Assembly (NCBI GenBank): GCA_963664395.2
Contig: OY761159.2
Coordinates: 4,672,001-4,736,000, forward strand
Length of the DNA: 64,000 nt
Reading direction: 5' to 3'
Source: Candidatus Binatia bacterium
Lineage (GTDB): Bacteria > Desulfobacterota > Binatia > Bin18
Shown here: one piece after another, positions 20,126 through 29,340 of the stretch
Position numbering within the stretch: the first letter of the stretch is position 1
Layout of the letters: each line of letters begins with the position of its first letter
The notes under the pieces: generated by a model
What the model saw: the letters and a program-made list of their open reading frames with translations, nothing else
What the model was told of the DNA's origin: nothing
Databases searched by the model: none
Made by a program: the position numbers and the translations under genes

Positions 20126-20647
20126 ATGAGCGAGGCAGACGAGAAATATGTGCTGGATGCCAACGTCTTTATTCAAGCGAAGCGGCGATTCTATGACTTC
20201 GATTTCTGTCCAGGCTATTGGGGTGTGCTTATATACTACAACCGGGAAGGAAGGCTCTACAGTATCGACAAAGTTCAGGAAGAACTGAAACGCGGAGGAG
20301 ATGACCTTTGGGACTGGGCAGAACAGCGATTCGGTGCCAACGCGTTTGGAGATACTTCGACGGCGGCTATTACGTCGGAGTACCGGCAAATGTTGGCATG
20401 GGTGATGGCTCAGTCCCAGTTCCAGCACACCGCTAAGGCAGAATTTCAAGCCGTCGCTGACGGCTGGCTTGCGGCCTACGCCAAGAAGACAGGGTGTGTC
20501 GTGGTCACCCTGGAGCAATTCGACCCGAACGTGCGCAAACGAGTCCCACTACCCAACGTTTGCCGCGCCTTTGATGTGGAATGTATCAGTCCTTTTGAAA
20601 TGCTACGCCGGCTTGGCGTCCAGTTGAATTGGAGCCCGCCGAGATGA
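20126..20647 (+). CDS. DUF4411-like PIN-domain protein
   Basis: YVLDANVFI, VQEEL, ADGWLAAYA, VVTLE, LPNVC; 5 nt after the ImmA-like gene. Confidence 0.85.
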   Translation: MSEADEKYVLDANVFIQAKRRFYDFDFCPGYWGVLIYYNREGRLYSIDKVQEELKRGGDDLWDWAEQRFGANAFGDTSTAAITSEYRQMLAWVMAQSQFQHTAKAEFQAVADGWLAAYAKKTGCVVVTLEQFDPNVRKRVPLPNVCRAFDVECISPFEMLRRLGVQLNWSPPR

Positions 20648-20699
20648 CACGTAAGAGTGAAATACTCTACCCCTTCGTAGTCACATCAGAACAACAGAT

Positions 20700-23600
20700 A
20701 TGACCACCGATACCTCCGAACGCGGCCTCGAACGCCTCATCTGCACCGCGCTGGCCGGCCATCCCTGCGAGCCGCCCGCAGCGGGTACGGTGGCCGAACC
20801 GCCCGCCGGCTACGGCGGCGTGGGCTGGAGCGGCGGCAACTTTCACGACTACGACCGCGAATACTGCGTCGATCTGGTCCAACTCTCGGCATTTCTGCGT
20901 GCGACCCAACCCAAAGCCGCGGAATCGCTGGGACTATCCTCGGACGGCCCGACGCGGCGCAAATTCCTGGCCCGGCTTCAGGGCGGGATATCCAAGCGCG
21001 GCAGCATCGACGTGCTGCGCCACGGCATCGACCACGGGCCACACCACCTGGACCTGTTCTACGGCACGCCTTCAGCCGGAAACCAGAAGGCCCAGGAGCG
21101 CTTCGAGCAGAACCGCTTCACCGTTACCCGGCAGTTGCGCTACAGCCGCGACGAAACCCAGCGGGCGCTGGACATCGGGCTGTTCATCAACGGCCTGCCG
21201 GTCTTCACCTTTGAACTCAAGAACAGCCTGACCAAGCAGACGGTGGACGATGCGGTCTGGCAGTACAAGAAGGACCGTAACCCGCGCGAGAGGCTGTTTG
21301 AGCTCGGTCGCTGCGTGGCCCACTTTGCCGTGGACGAGAGCGAGGTGCGCTTCTGCACCCATCTCACGGGCAAGTCCTCGTGGTTCCTGCCCTTCAACCG
21401 AGGCTGGAACGACGGTGCGGGCAATCCGCCCAACCCGAACGGGCTCAAGATCGACTATCTGTGGCGCGAGGTGCTGACCCGCCAGAGCCTGACCAACATC
21501 CTGGAAAACTACGCCCAGGTGGTGGGATCGAAAGACGAGAAAACGGGCCGAAAGAAAAAGACCCAGGTCTGGCCGCGTTACCACCAACTCGACGTGGTGC
21601 GCCGGCTGCTAGCCGACGCCGGGACACGCGGAGTGGGCCAGCGTTATTTAATCCAGCACTCGGCGGGCAGCGGCAAGAGCAACTCCATTGCCTGGCTGGC
21701 CCACCAACTGATCGGGCTGACAAGGGACGACGCCTCGATCTTCGATTCCATCATCGTGGTCACCGACCGGCGGATTCTCGACAAGCAGATTCGCGATACC
21801 ATCAAACAGTACGCCCAGGTCGGCGCGACACTCGGGCATGCCGAGCATTCGGGCGACCTGCGCCGGTTCATCGAGTCCGGCAAGAAAATCATCATCTCGA
21901 CCGTGCAGAAGTTTCCCTTCATCCTCGACGAGATCGGCAACGAGCAGCGCGGTCGATACTTCGCGATTATCATTGACGAGGCTCACTCCAGCCAGGGCGG
22001 CCGCACCAGCGCGGCCATGGCCCAGGCGCTCTCCCAGGCCGGTGAGGAGGGCGAGGAGGAGACCTATGAGGATCAGATCAACCGTTTGATGGAATCCCGC
22101 AAACTGCTCCCCAACGCCAGCTATTTCGCCTTTACGGCCACGCCCAAGAACAAGACGCTGGAAATCTTCGGCAACCCGGACCCGCAGGCCGACGGCACGG
22201 TCAAGCATCATGCCTTTCACACCTACACCATGAAGCAGGCCATCCAGGAGGGCTTTATCCTGGACGTGCTGGCGCACTACACGCCGGTGAACAGCTATTA
22301 CAAGCTGGCCAAGACGGTGGCGGACGACCCGCAGTTCGATACGAAGAAAGCCCAGAAAAAGCTGCGACTTTTTGTCGAGGGCCACGACCACGCCATCAGC
22401 CTCAAGGCCGAGATCATGGTCGATCACTTCCACGAGCAGGTGCTGGCCCAGAACAAGATCGGCGGCGCAGCGCGAGCCATGGTCGTCACCAACGGCATTA
22501 AGCGTGCAATCCAGTACTTTCACGCCATCCGCGACTACCTGAAGGAACGAAAGAGCCGCTACCAGGCCATTGTAGCGTTCTCCGGCGAGCCTGAGTTCAA
22601 CGGAGCAAAGGTCAGCGAGGCGTCGCTGAACGGCTTTCCGTCCGGCAAGATCGCCGAGAAGATACAGGAGGACCCCTACCGTTTCCTGGTCTGCGCGGAC
22701 AAGTTCCAGACCGGCTATGACGAGCCCCTGCTGCACACGATGTATGTGGACAAGACGCTCGCGAGCATCAAGGCCGTGCAGACCCTGTCGCGCCTCAATC
22801 GGGCGCATCCCAAGAAGCATGATGTCTTCGTGCTTGATTTTCTGAACAAGATCGAGATCATCCGCGAGTCCTTTGCCGACTTCTATCGCGCGACGATTCT
22901 GGCCGATGAGACCGATCCCAACAAGCTGCACGACCTACAGGCCGATCTCGACGGCGCTCAGGTCTATTCTCCCGAGCAGATCGGCGAGTTTGTGTCGCGC
23001 TATCTCAGCGGAGCCGAACGCGACCAGCTCGACCCTATACTCGACGCCTGCGTGGCCATCTATCTGCGCGATTTGGACGAGGACGGCCAGGTGGACTTCA
23101 AGGGTAAGGCCAAGGGTTTTGTACGGACCTATGGTTTCCTGTCGTCCGTCCTGCCCTATACCAACGCCGCCTGGGAGAAGCGCTCGATATTCCTGAATTT
23201 CCTGGTCTCCAAGCTGCCATCCCCCCAAGAGGAAGACCTGTCCAAGGGTATTCTCGATGCCATCGACATGGACAGCTACCGGGCCGAGAAGCAGGCAATA
23301 CAGAAAATCATGCTGCCCGATGAGGACGCCGAGGTCGAGCCGGTGCCAGCCATAGGCGGCGGTCACTTGCCCGAGCCGGAGTTGGACCGGCTGTCGAATA
23401 TCCTGAGGGCCTTCAACGATCTCTTCGGCGACATCTACTGGGACGACGCCGACCGTGTGCGGCAGCTCATTACCCAGACCATTCCTGCCAGGGTGGCTGA
23501 GGACACCGCCTTCAAGAACGCCCAGCAGAACTCGGACAAGGAGAACGCCCGCATCGAGCACGATAAGGCGCTGCTCCGGGTGATGACCTCGGTCATGAAG

Positions 23601-23705
23601 GACGACACCGAGCTGTTCAAACAGTTCATGGACAACCAGAGCTTCAAGCGCTGGCTGACCGATACGGTGTTCGGGCTTGCGTACGAGCAGGCGAGCACGG
23701 GGTGA
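20700..23705 (+). CDS. hsdR: Type I restriction endonuclease subunit R
   Basis: D..LFINGLP..FELK nuclease motif, HSAGSGKS, DEAH, FTATP, TGYD, QTLSRLNR. Confidence 0.96.
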   Translation: MTTDTSERGLERLICTALAGHPCEPPAAGTVAEPPAGYGGVGWSGGNFHDYDREYCVDLVQLSAFLRATQPKAAESLGLSSDGPTRRKFLARLQGGISKRGSIDVLRHGIDHGPHHLDLFYGTPSAGNQKAQERFEQNRFTVTRQLRYSRDETQRALDIGLFINGLPVFTFELKNSLTKQTVDDAVWQYKKDRNPRERLFELGRCVAHFAVDESEVRFCTHLTGKSSWFLPFNRGWNDGAGNPPNPNGLKIDYLWREVLTRQSLTNILENYAQVVGSKDEKTGRKKKTQVWPRYHQLDVVRRLLADAGTRGVGQRYLIQHSAGSGKSNSIAWLAHQLIGLTRDDASIFDSIIVVTDRRILDKQIRDTIKQYAQVGATLGHAEHSGDLRRFIESGKKIIISTVQKFPFILDEIGNEQRGRYFAIIIDEAHSSQGGRTSAAMAQALSQAGEEGEEETYEDQINRLMESRKLLPNASYFAFTATPKNKTLEIFGNPDPQADGTVKHHAFHTYTMKQAIQEGFILDVLAHYTPVNSYYKLAKTVADDPQFDTKKAQKKLRLFVEGHDHAISLKAEIMVDHFHEQVLAQNKIGGAARAMVVTNGIKRAIQYFHAIRDYLKERKSRYQAIVAFSGEPEFNGAKVSEASLNGFPSGKIAEKIQEDPYRFLVCADKFQTGYDEPLLHTMYVDKTLASIKAVQTLSRLNRAHPKKHDVFVLDFLNKIEIIRESFADFYRATILADETDPNKLHDLQADLDGAQVYSPEQIGEFVSRYLSGAERDQLDPILDACVAIYLRDLDEDGQVDFKGKAKGFVRTYGFLSSVLPYTNAAWEKRSIFLNFLVSKLPSPQEEDLSKGILDAIDMDSYRAEKQAIQKIMLPDEDAEVEPVPAIGGGHLPEPELDRLSNILRAFNDLFGDIYWDDADRVRQLITQTIPARVAEDTAFKNAQQNSDKENARIEHDKALLRVMTSVMKDDTELFKQFMDNQSFKRWLTDTVFGLAYEQASTG

Positions 23706-23713
23706 GGCGCATT

Positions 23714-23928
23714 TCCCAACTCCACCGATCAGCCTGATCAGCATCAGGAACACGCAGGAAACGTGTGTAGTCAGGAAACTGTTGTTTCGATTTCGTGACT
23801 TTTTTGTCTTCCCTGCGTAAGACGAGCCACTGTCCCTTTCGCTCCAGGACCACGCCTTCCCCAGCAGCAACTTCGTCAAGCACCCGAAACCAATTTTTCC
23901 TTACTTCGGAGGCGGTCAGCCTTTTCAT
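23714..23928 (-). pseudogene. 3'-truncated second copy of the Phd/YefM antitoxin, no toxin (repeat copy 2 spans 23714-23964)
   Basis: MKRLTASEVRKNWFRVLDEVAAGE...WSW; homology to copy 1 ends 8 nt from the hsdR stop; the frame reads on to a stop at 23644. Confidence 0.8.
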
Positions 23929-24134
23929 ATGTGCAACGTACAACCCGGTGACAACGATTCCCAGTAGATTGACTATCCTTCGCAGATCAACTCCAAATCG
24001 CGTAGCGCTTGTCGCACTACTGTGGATAGTCGCGCCCCCGTACGCTTCCTGCCCGGCACTGCCAGCCAGCCCTGAAGGACCGGAGCCCACTCCTCAACGG
24101 CTATGCGATGCGGGTTGGAAAGGCGCAAAATCGA

Positions 24135-24163
24135 TTGCGGTTTGTATCGTTGCGCGATACAGT
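24135..24163 (+). promoter_or_regulatory. higBA promoter with operator, likely leaderless transcript
   Basis: TTGCGG-17nt-TACAGT; palindrome TGTATCG-N5-CGATACA (24143-24161); GTG at 24171 falls at the expected +1. Confidence 0.55.
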
Positions 24164-24170
24164 GGCGCGG

Positions 24171-24443
24171 GTGAAGATCAAGCACCGGGGACTACAGGTG
24201 TTGCACGAACGCGGCGACGGTTCGCGGCTTGCCGCAGACCTGATCCCCCGGCTACGGCGGGTGCTGTTGCGGCTTGAGGGCGCGACCCGGCCCGGCAATA
24301 TGGACGTACCCGGCTACTACCTGCACCCCCTGAAGGGCGACCGGCGCGGCCTGTGGAGCGTTCGGGTGTCCGGCAACTGGCGCGTGGTGTTCCGCTTCGA
24401 GGGTACGGAAGCCGTGGACGTAGACTTGATTGACTACCACTAA
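24171..24443 (+). CDS. higB: HigB (RelE/ParE superfamily) toxin
   Basis: IKHRGL, LHPLKGDRRGLWSVRVSGNWRVVFRF, DYH C-terminus. Confidence 0.92.
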   Translation: MKIKHRGLQVLHERGDGSRLAADLIPRLRRVLLRLEGATRPGNMDVPGYYLHPLKGDRRGLWSVRVSGNWRVVFRFEGTEAVDVDLIDYH

Positions 24444-24461
24444 GCCGAGAGAGGAGGCAGC

Positions 24462-24731
24462 ATGGCGACGATGTACGATCCTCCGCACTTGGGTGAATTG
24501 ATCCGGGAGAACGTAGAAGCGGCGGGCTGGACCGTGACCGAAACAGCAGAGCGGCTGCGCGTCAGCCGCGTGGCACTGTCGCGGGTACTGAACGGCAAGG
24601 CCGGCGTTTCGGCGGCACTGGCACTCGCGCTGGAACGGATCGGCTGGAGCGACGCAGAACACTGGATGCGGATGCAGTCCATATACGCCGTGGCGCAGGA
24701 GCGGCGAAAGCAAGAGCACGCGGCGGCCTGA
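24462..24731 (+). CDS. higA: HigA antitoxin
   Basis: PPHLGELIRE, HTH, WMRMQ; GAGGAGG RBS. Confidence 0.92.
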   Translation: MATMYDPPHLGELIRENVEAAGWTVTETAERLRVSRVALSRVLNGKAGVSAALALALERIGWSDAEHWMRMQSIYAVAQERRKQEHAAA

Positions 24732-24828
24732 CGGCCGGATGAACGCCTGCTGCGCCACGGCGGGACTCTTCAATCATCCTAGCCATTTGCCGATTTTCTG
24801 ACATGGCTGTTCGTCAATGTGGGAGGAA

Positions 24829-24851
24829 GGATGGAGGCGGCGGGAATCGAA
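24829..24851. repeat. att-like 23-bp duplicate of the tmRNA 3' end
   Basis: ggatggaggcggcgggaatcgaa identical to 26380-26402. Confidence 0.9.
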
Positions 24852-25069
24852 TACCCGCCCTAACATAATGTTTTTAAATGACTTTTACGAAGCCTCTTCT
24901 AGTTTCCCCACTCTGATTACGGGCCTATATAGGTCTATTCACCTGCTAGACGGACGCCCGACTTTGCAGGTCAAGTGCATAGAAACCATCGAATGATAGA
25001 ATAATGTCTGTTTCCAGCTTGATGTGCAACTCTTATACCTAGCCACATTTGCCTGTAGGCGTCAAATGT

Positions 25070-25186
25070 GGCTATCCGCTCGCGTCATTAGCGCAAGCGC
25101 GGGAAAAAGCACTGGCGAACAAGCGGCTGGCACGCGACGGCGGCGATCCCCTGGCCGATAAACGCAAAGCACGGGTGCCCACCTTT
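25070..25186 (+). pseudogene. P4-like tyrosine integrase arm-binding-domain fragment
   Basis: Translates GYPLASLAQAREKALANKRLARDGGDPLADKRKARVPTF. Confidence 0.8.
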
Positions 25187-25212
25187 ACTATAAAGACTTA
25201 GTGGGGAAGTAG

Positions 25213-25245
25213 AAATGAAAAAGCCCAGCCAAGCAGCTGGGCTTT
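25213..25245 (-). terminator. Intrinsic terminator of the TA operon
   Basis: AAAGCCCAGC stem followed by a U-rich tail on the minus strand, 20 nt past the toxin stop. Confidence 0.7.
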
Positions 25246-25265
25246 GGTCTGGCAAAAAAGACGAA

Positions 25266-25535
25266 CTATCTGTCGTTTAATTGCCGGTTATATCGTGAGT
25301 GAGACCCGATCCAAAACCATCGTATCTCATCGCCAGAAGTCACTCCAAGGGCTCTGTAGTCCTCGGTGATACGAACAGAATAGGTTGAATCGGTATTGTG
25401 CATCCTTTTAAAGCGCAAACTTGGGTGTGCTGGATTAGTTATGAATAGTTTGTATGCCTCTTTTGCTCTTTGCCGAACATCGGCAGGTAGTTGCTCAAGC
25501 AATTTACGAAATTCTGGCGTTATTTTTGACTTCAC
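25266..25535 (-). CDS. RelE/ParE-like toxin
   Basis: KSKITPEFRKLLEQLP, NPAHPSLRFK, YSVRI..YRALG, WFWIGSH..Y. Confidence 0.85.
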   Translation of the reverse strand: MKSKITPEFRKLLEQLPADVRQRAKEAYKLFITNPAHPSLRFKRMHNTDSTYSVRITEDYRALGVTSGDEIRWFWIGSHSRYNRQLNDR

Positions 25536-25750
25536 CACTTCTCCGGGTCAAGGTCTTCGGTCAACCCGGCACGATCCTGAGCAAGTGCCTCGGTAGCCAA
25601 TGCATCAAAGTGGTCCTTATTGGCCGCAAAAAAGGCATCCCAATGTTCTTCCTCTTCAATCTCAGCAGGCACCGATTTTTTGATTGTATCCTGTCTTTTT
25701 GAAAAATAGCTGGTAGCCACATGGCCACTATTCTGTTCCTTTGTACTCAT
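25532..25750 (-). CDS. Small acidic antitoxin
   Basis: 72 aa, WDAFFA..LATEAL..G.TEDLDP; stop overlaps the toxin GTG; GGAG RBS. Confidence 0.75.
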   Translation of the reverse strand: MSTKEQNSGHVATSYFSKRQDTIKKSVPAEIEEEEHWDAFFAANKDHFDALATEALAQDRAGLTEDLDPEKW

Positions 25751-26120
25751 TTTAATCTCCCTTCTAGCGGCTCGTCCATCGTGCTTGCATCTCTAACGCA
25801 CCAACGGCCTTATGACAACTATACACAACACATATAAAGATACATAAAACATATATAAAACATGACAAGACATTACATAATAATATGCTGAGTCTTCTCC
25901 CTTAAGAGGGCTTGGATAAGATTGCATGTAATTCCCTCCGCAGATGGGGCACTTTTCTTCAGTCTCTGCCATTTTTTCTCCTCAAAGTTTTTGGAATCCG
26001 TAATCACAAAAAATAATGTTTTTCTGGCAGCACAGCGCGATATACGGATATGCCTATTTTTGGGCACGGACCCCCCGGTCAGGCGCCCCTACCTAAAAAT
26101 TAGGCGCCCGAACATCTCCC

Positions 26121-26222
26121 TCATATCCCCCCCGGCGCGACACTCAAATACAACGTGTCGCCGTCACCGTGCAGGCCCGTTCTGGTGATCGCCCTCACTT
26201 TAGCGGCGGTGAGCTTTCCCAT
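26121..26222 (-). pseudogene. N-terminal stub of a P4-like integrase
   Basis: MGKLTAAKVRAITRTGLHGDGDTLYLSVAPGGI*, starting ~160 nt downstream of the tmRNA 3' end. Confidence 0.8.
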
Positions 26223-26382
26223 GTCGTCTTTCCTTTCCCCATATTTTTCCCCAAGTTCCATTAGGGATTTTATAGGAATCGAACGGAAGACACACGCCCG
26301 TCAGAAAATAAAAAGCCCTGTAATCACAAGGATTTCAGGGCTTCTCAGGGAACGGACGGGAATAGAAGAAATCAAGAAGGGA

Positions 26383-26734
26383 TGGAGGCGGCGGGAATCG
26401 AACCCGCGTCCGAGAGTAGTCCACTCAAGGCATCTACAATGCGTAGCTCGTACTTTGATCTTATCCTCGGGCCTCCTACGAGCGGGATGCCCTCAGACCA
26501 GCCAAAGTAAATTTTCGGGCTCGCACCCCTCGGCAATATGCGAGCCCTATCCCGATTTGTGTCGCCTTATTCAACCCTACGGGCACGGATCGGTAAGACG
26601 CAAGCTGCTCTAGGCAGCGAGAGCGTAATCAAAATCGTCTGCAGTTAAATTGCAGCCTGTCCGTTTTACGGGCGGGACAGAACCCCGGCATGCAGCCCTG
26701 GCTTTCTAACCCACGTCGAAACCAGATCGCCCCC
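26383..26734 (-). ncRNA. ssrA: tmRNA; tag peptide (A)ADDFDYALAA* at 26642-26610
   Basis: 5' GGGGGCG pairs with 3' CGCCTCC-A giving the G3.U Ala determinant; T-arm GGTTCGATTCC; TAACT before the resume codon; adjacent to smpB; CCA not encoded. Confidence 0.97.
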
Positions 26735-26788
26735 TTATCAGAATTATTTCTCTCCCGCAGAGAGGAAGATCAAAAAGAGTATACTCCC

Positions 26789-27259
26789 CTAGCCTGTCCG
26801 TCTATGCATGGCCCGTTCGACATCGCGCTTCATCTCGCGTTCGCGAATGGCAGCGCGCTTGTCATACATCCGTTTACCTTTGGCCAAAGCCAGTTCGACC
26901 TTGACCCGACCTTGCTTAAAGTACAGGCGCAGAGGCACCAGGGTCAATCCCTGCTCCTTTGTTTTTCCCATAAGACGCATGATCTCCTTTTTGTGCAGAA
27001 GGAGCTTGCGCCTGCGTGTCGGATCACCGTTAAAGTAGTAGGCCGGTTCATAGTCGCTAATATGCGCGTTCAATAAAAACGCCTCTCCCCTGTCGATCCG
27101 GCCATAGCTGTCTTTGAGATTGGCCCGGCCATCACGGAGCGATTTGACTTCTCTACCGTTCAGCACAAGCCCGGCTTCAAAGGTTTCGTTAATGATATAG
27201 TCGTGCCGCGCTTTGCGATTGACGCAGATCGCTCTTTCGGCGGGTTTCTCTTTGGCCAT
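26789..27259 (-). CDS. smpB: SsrA-binding protein
   Basis: NRKARHDY, EAGLVL.G.EVKSLR, RKLLLHKKEI, AKGK..YDKR. Confidence 0.98.
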   Translation of the reverse strand: MAKEKPAERAICVNRKARHDYIINETFEAGLVLNGREVKSLRDGRANLKDSYGRIDRGEAFLLNAHISDYEPAYYFNGDPTRRRKLLLHKKEIMRLMGKTKEQGLTLVPLRLYFKQGRVKVELALAKGKRMYDKRAAIREREMKRDVERAMHRRTG

Positions 27260-27274
27260 GTTCACACTCTGCGA

Positions 27275-28117
27275 CTAGTGTAGCACACGGTTATCAATAA
27301 GCCGGACATCTCCGACCCAGACCGCGATGGCCAACAGGGTAGGACCGGATACCTGCGCCACTTCTTCGAGCGTTTCAGGATGGCACAGGGAGGCGTACTC
27401 GACCCGCACCGCGGCGTTTTGGGTCAACACCTGCCGGACAGCTTGAAGAATAACGGCTGAGGACAAGAGCCCGCCCGAGACGGTCTCTTGGGCAGTCTTG
27501 AGCGCGCGCGCAACACATAGACTCGTCTCTCTTTCAACAGCACTCAGCCGTGCATTACGGGAACTCAGGGCCAAGCCGTCTTCCTCGCGTACCGTCGGCA
27601 TAGTGACGATATCGATGTCAAAGTTCAGGTCCTGGACCATACGTTTGATAACGACGCACTGCTGGAAATCTTTCTCGCCAAACAGCGCGCAATGCGGCTT
27701 GACCATATTGAACAGCTTGGCCACAACCGTTGTCACACCCCGAAAATGACCGGGACGAAAGGCGCCGCACAGGGGTTGGCTGACTTTCTCGACCTCAACC
27801 CCGGTCTGATAGTCATCGGGGTAGATTTCAGCGGGCGGCGGCATGAACAATACGTCGGTGCCCAGTTCTTTCAGGAGGCTTTCATCCTGCGCCCCGTTCC
27901 GCGGATATTTGTCGAAATCGGATGCTTGGTTGAACTGCATGGGATTGACGAAAATCGAAACAACAACAACATCACTTCGATTTTTCGCCTCACGCACAAG
28001 ACTCAGATGACCCTCGTGCAGAAACCCCATCGTGGGGACAAAGGCCACAGTCTTACCCTCCAGGCGTTGGCCTTCCGACCAACGCTGCATCTCCCGAACG
28101 GTCTGAATAATGTTCAC
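27275..28117 (-). CDS. panC: Pantoate--beta-alanine ligase
   Basis: VPTMGFLHEGH, RPGHFRGV, FGEKDFQQ, GLALSSRN, RLIDN. Confidence 0.97.
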   Translation of the reverse strand: MNIIQTVREMQRWSEGQRLEGKTVAFVPTMGFLHEGHLSLVREAKNRSDVVVVSIFVNPMQFNQASDFDKYPRNGAQDESLLKELGTDVLFMPPPAEIYPDDYQTGVEVEKVSQPLCGAFRPGHFRGVTTVVAKLFNMVKPHCALFGEKDFQQCVVIKRMVQDLNFDIDIVTMPTVREEDGLALSSRNARLSAVERETSLCVARALKTAQETVSGGLLSSAVILQAVRQVLTQNAAVRVEYASLCHPETLEEVAQVSGPTLLAIAVWVGDVRLIDNRVLH

Positions 28118-28148
28118 GGCTGTGGTTTCCGAGTACGAGAGGCACTAT

Positions 28149-28967
28149 CTAATGGAATGAGTGCTCATCTTGAGGGAACGCCTGCTCCCGCACGTCACTG
28201 ATATAGGCATGCACCGCGTCTGCAACGACGCGCTCCAGATTGGCGTAACGTTTGACAAATTTAGGCGTAAAATCGCCTGACATGCCCAGCAGGTCATGCA
28301 TCACCAGAATCTGGCCATCACAGTGCGGGCCGGCGCCAATGCCAATGGTTGGAATAGGCAGCATGTCCGTTATCTCGGCAGCCAGGTCCATCGGGACCCC
28401 TTCCAAGACCACCGCAAAAGCGCCAGCATTGGTGACGGCTTCTGCGTCTTCAATCAAACGTTCCCGAGCGCCGGGTTGGCGGCCCGATTTCTTGCCCTGG
28501 ACCTTATAGCCGCCCATGCGATGCACCGACTGCGGCGTCAGACCAATATGGCCCATAACGGGAATATCCACATTCACGATAGCCTTGACGACCCGCGCGA
28601 TGTTGACCCCGCCTTCCAGTTTGACGGCCTCGGCCCCGCCTTCCTTGAGTAATCGCCCGGCATTGGCAATCGCGTCACAGATGCCGGCCTGGTAGGATAA
28701 AAAAGGCATATCACCCACAACGAGCGCGCGCGGGCGGGCCCGATTGACCAGCCTGAGGTGGTAGACCATATCGTCCATCGTAACCGGCAGGGTCGTATCC
28801 GCCCCCTGCACTGTCGTGCCTAAAGAATCGCCGACAAGCAGAAAGTCGATGCCACATTCGTCCAGGATGCGGGCGAACGGGTAGTCGTAGGCGGTCAGGG
28901 CGGTGATCTTTTGCCCCGACGCTTTCAGCCGTTGCAGTTCAGGAACCGAAATCTTTGCGTGTTGCAT
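28149..28967 (-). CDS. panB: 3-methyl-2-oxobutanoate hydroxymethyltransferase
   Basis: [40 protein letters not shown]; AAGGAGG before ATG 28967. Confidence 0.97.
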   Translation of the reverse strand: MQHAKISVPELQRLKASGQKITALTAYDYPFARILDECGIDFLLVGDSLGTTVQGADTTLPVTMDDMVYHLRLVNRARPRALVVGDMPFLSYQAGICDAIANAGRLLKEGGAEAVKLEGGVNIARVVKAIVNVDIPVMGHIGLTPQSVHRMGGYKVQGKKSGRQPGARERLIEDAEAVTNAGAFAVVLEGVPMDLAAEITDMLPIPTIGIGAGPHCDGQILVMHDLLGMSGDFTPKFVKRYANLERVVADAVHAYISDVREQAFPQDEHSFH

Positions 28968-29109
28968 ATCGTCCCTCCTTACAGTCTGCATCTTCTCCAC
29001 GAACCACAGCCGGAGGGCGTCGGGACAGGGAAGGTGGGTTGAGAGCCATGCCGGCTTTTGCCAAAGCCGCACGCTGTCGCTCTTCCCTGTCGTATAGCTT
29101 TTCTGCCAT

Positions 29110-29144
29110 CCGTCTCGGTCCGTACAACAATTGGATCCAAGCGG
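29110..29144 (-). ncRNA. pan RNA motif hairpin in the panB leader
   Basis: CCGCUUGGAUCC-N11-GGACCGAGACGG forms a stem with one bulged A on each strand, upstream of panBC as described for the pan motif. Confidence 0.75.
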
Positions 29145-29340
29145 TCTACCACAACTATCCTTTTGCCCCTCCAGAGCCTATTTGGGTCGACCCGTTTGTC
29201 GCCCGGCGGCTCTTTCCCCAGCCTTCTGTCCAGGGCAAAACAATAGTATGGGCGTGCTGATAGCATACTTGTCTGAGGATTGTCTAGGGTCTTTTGTTCT
29301 TTTTCTTTTCTCATTTCACCCTTCTTGCTAGGGTATTGGC

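Larger units (their letters stand above)
24829..26402. mobile_element. Decayed tmRNA-integrated islet (~1.55 kb)
   Basis: Flanking 23-bp direct repeats, AT-richer than the flanks, two integrase fragments and a TA pair. Confidence 0.8.

Noticed and set aside
24829-24860. tRNA gene
   Set aside because: Only 23 bp matching the tmRNA T-arm/acceptor end; an att duplication, no cloverleaf.
25824-25885. AT-rich ~11-bp periodic acata/taaa repeats as iterons or an origin
   Set aside because: Imperfect and short with no rep gene; more simply the promoter region of the TA pair.
26155-26613. 152-aa plus-strand ORF
   Set aside because: Antisense to tmRNA and the integrase stub; shadow ORF.
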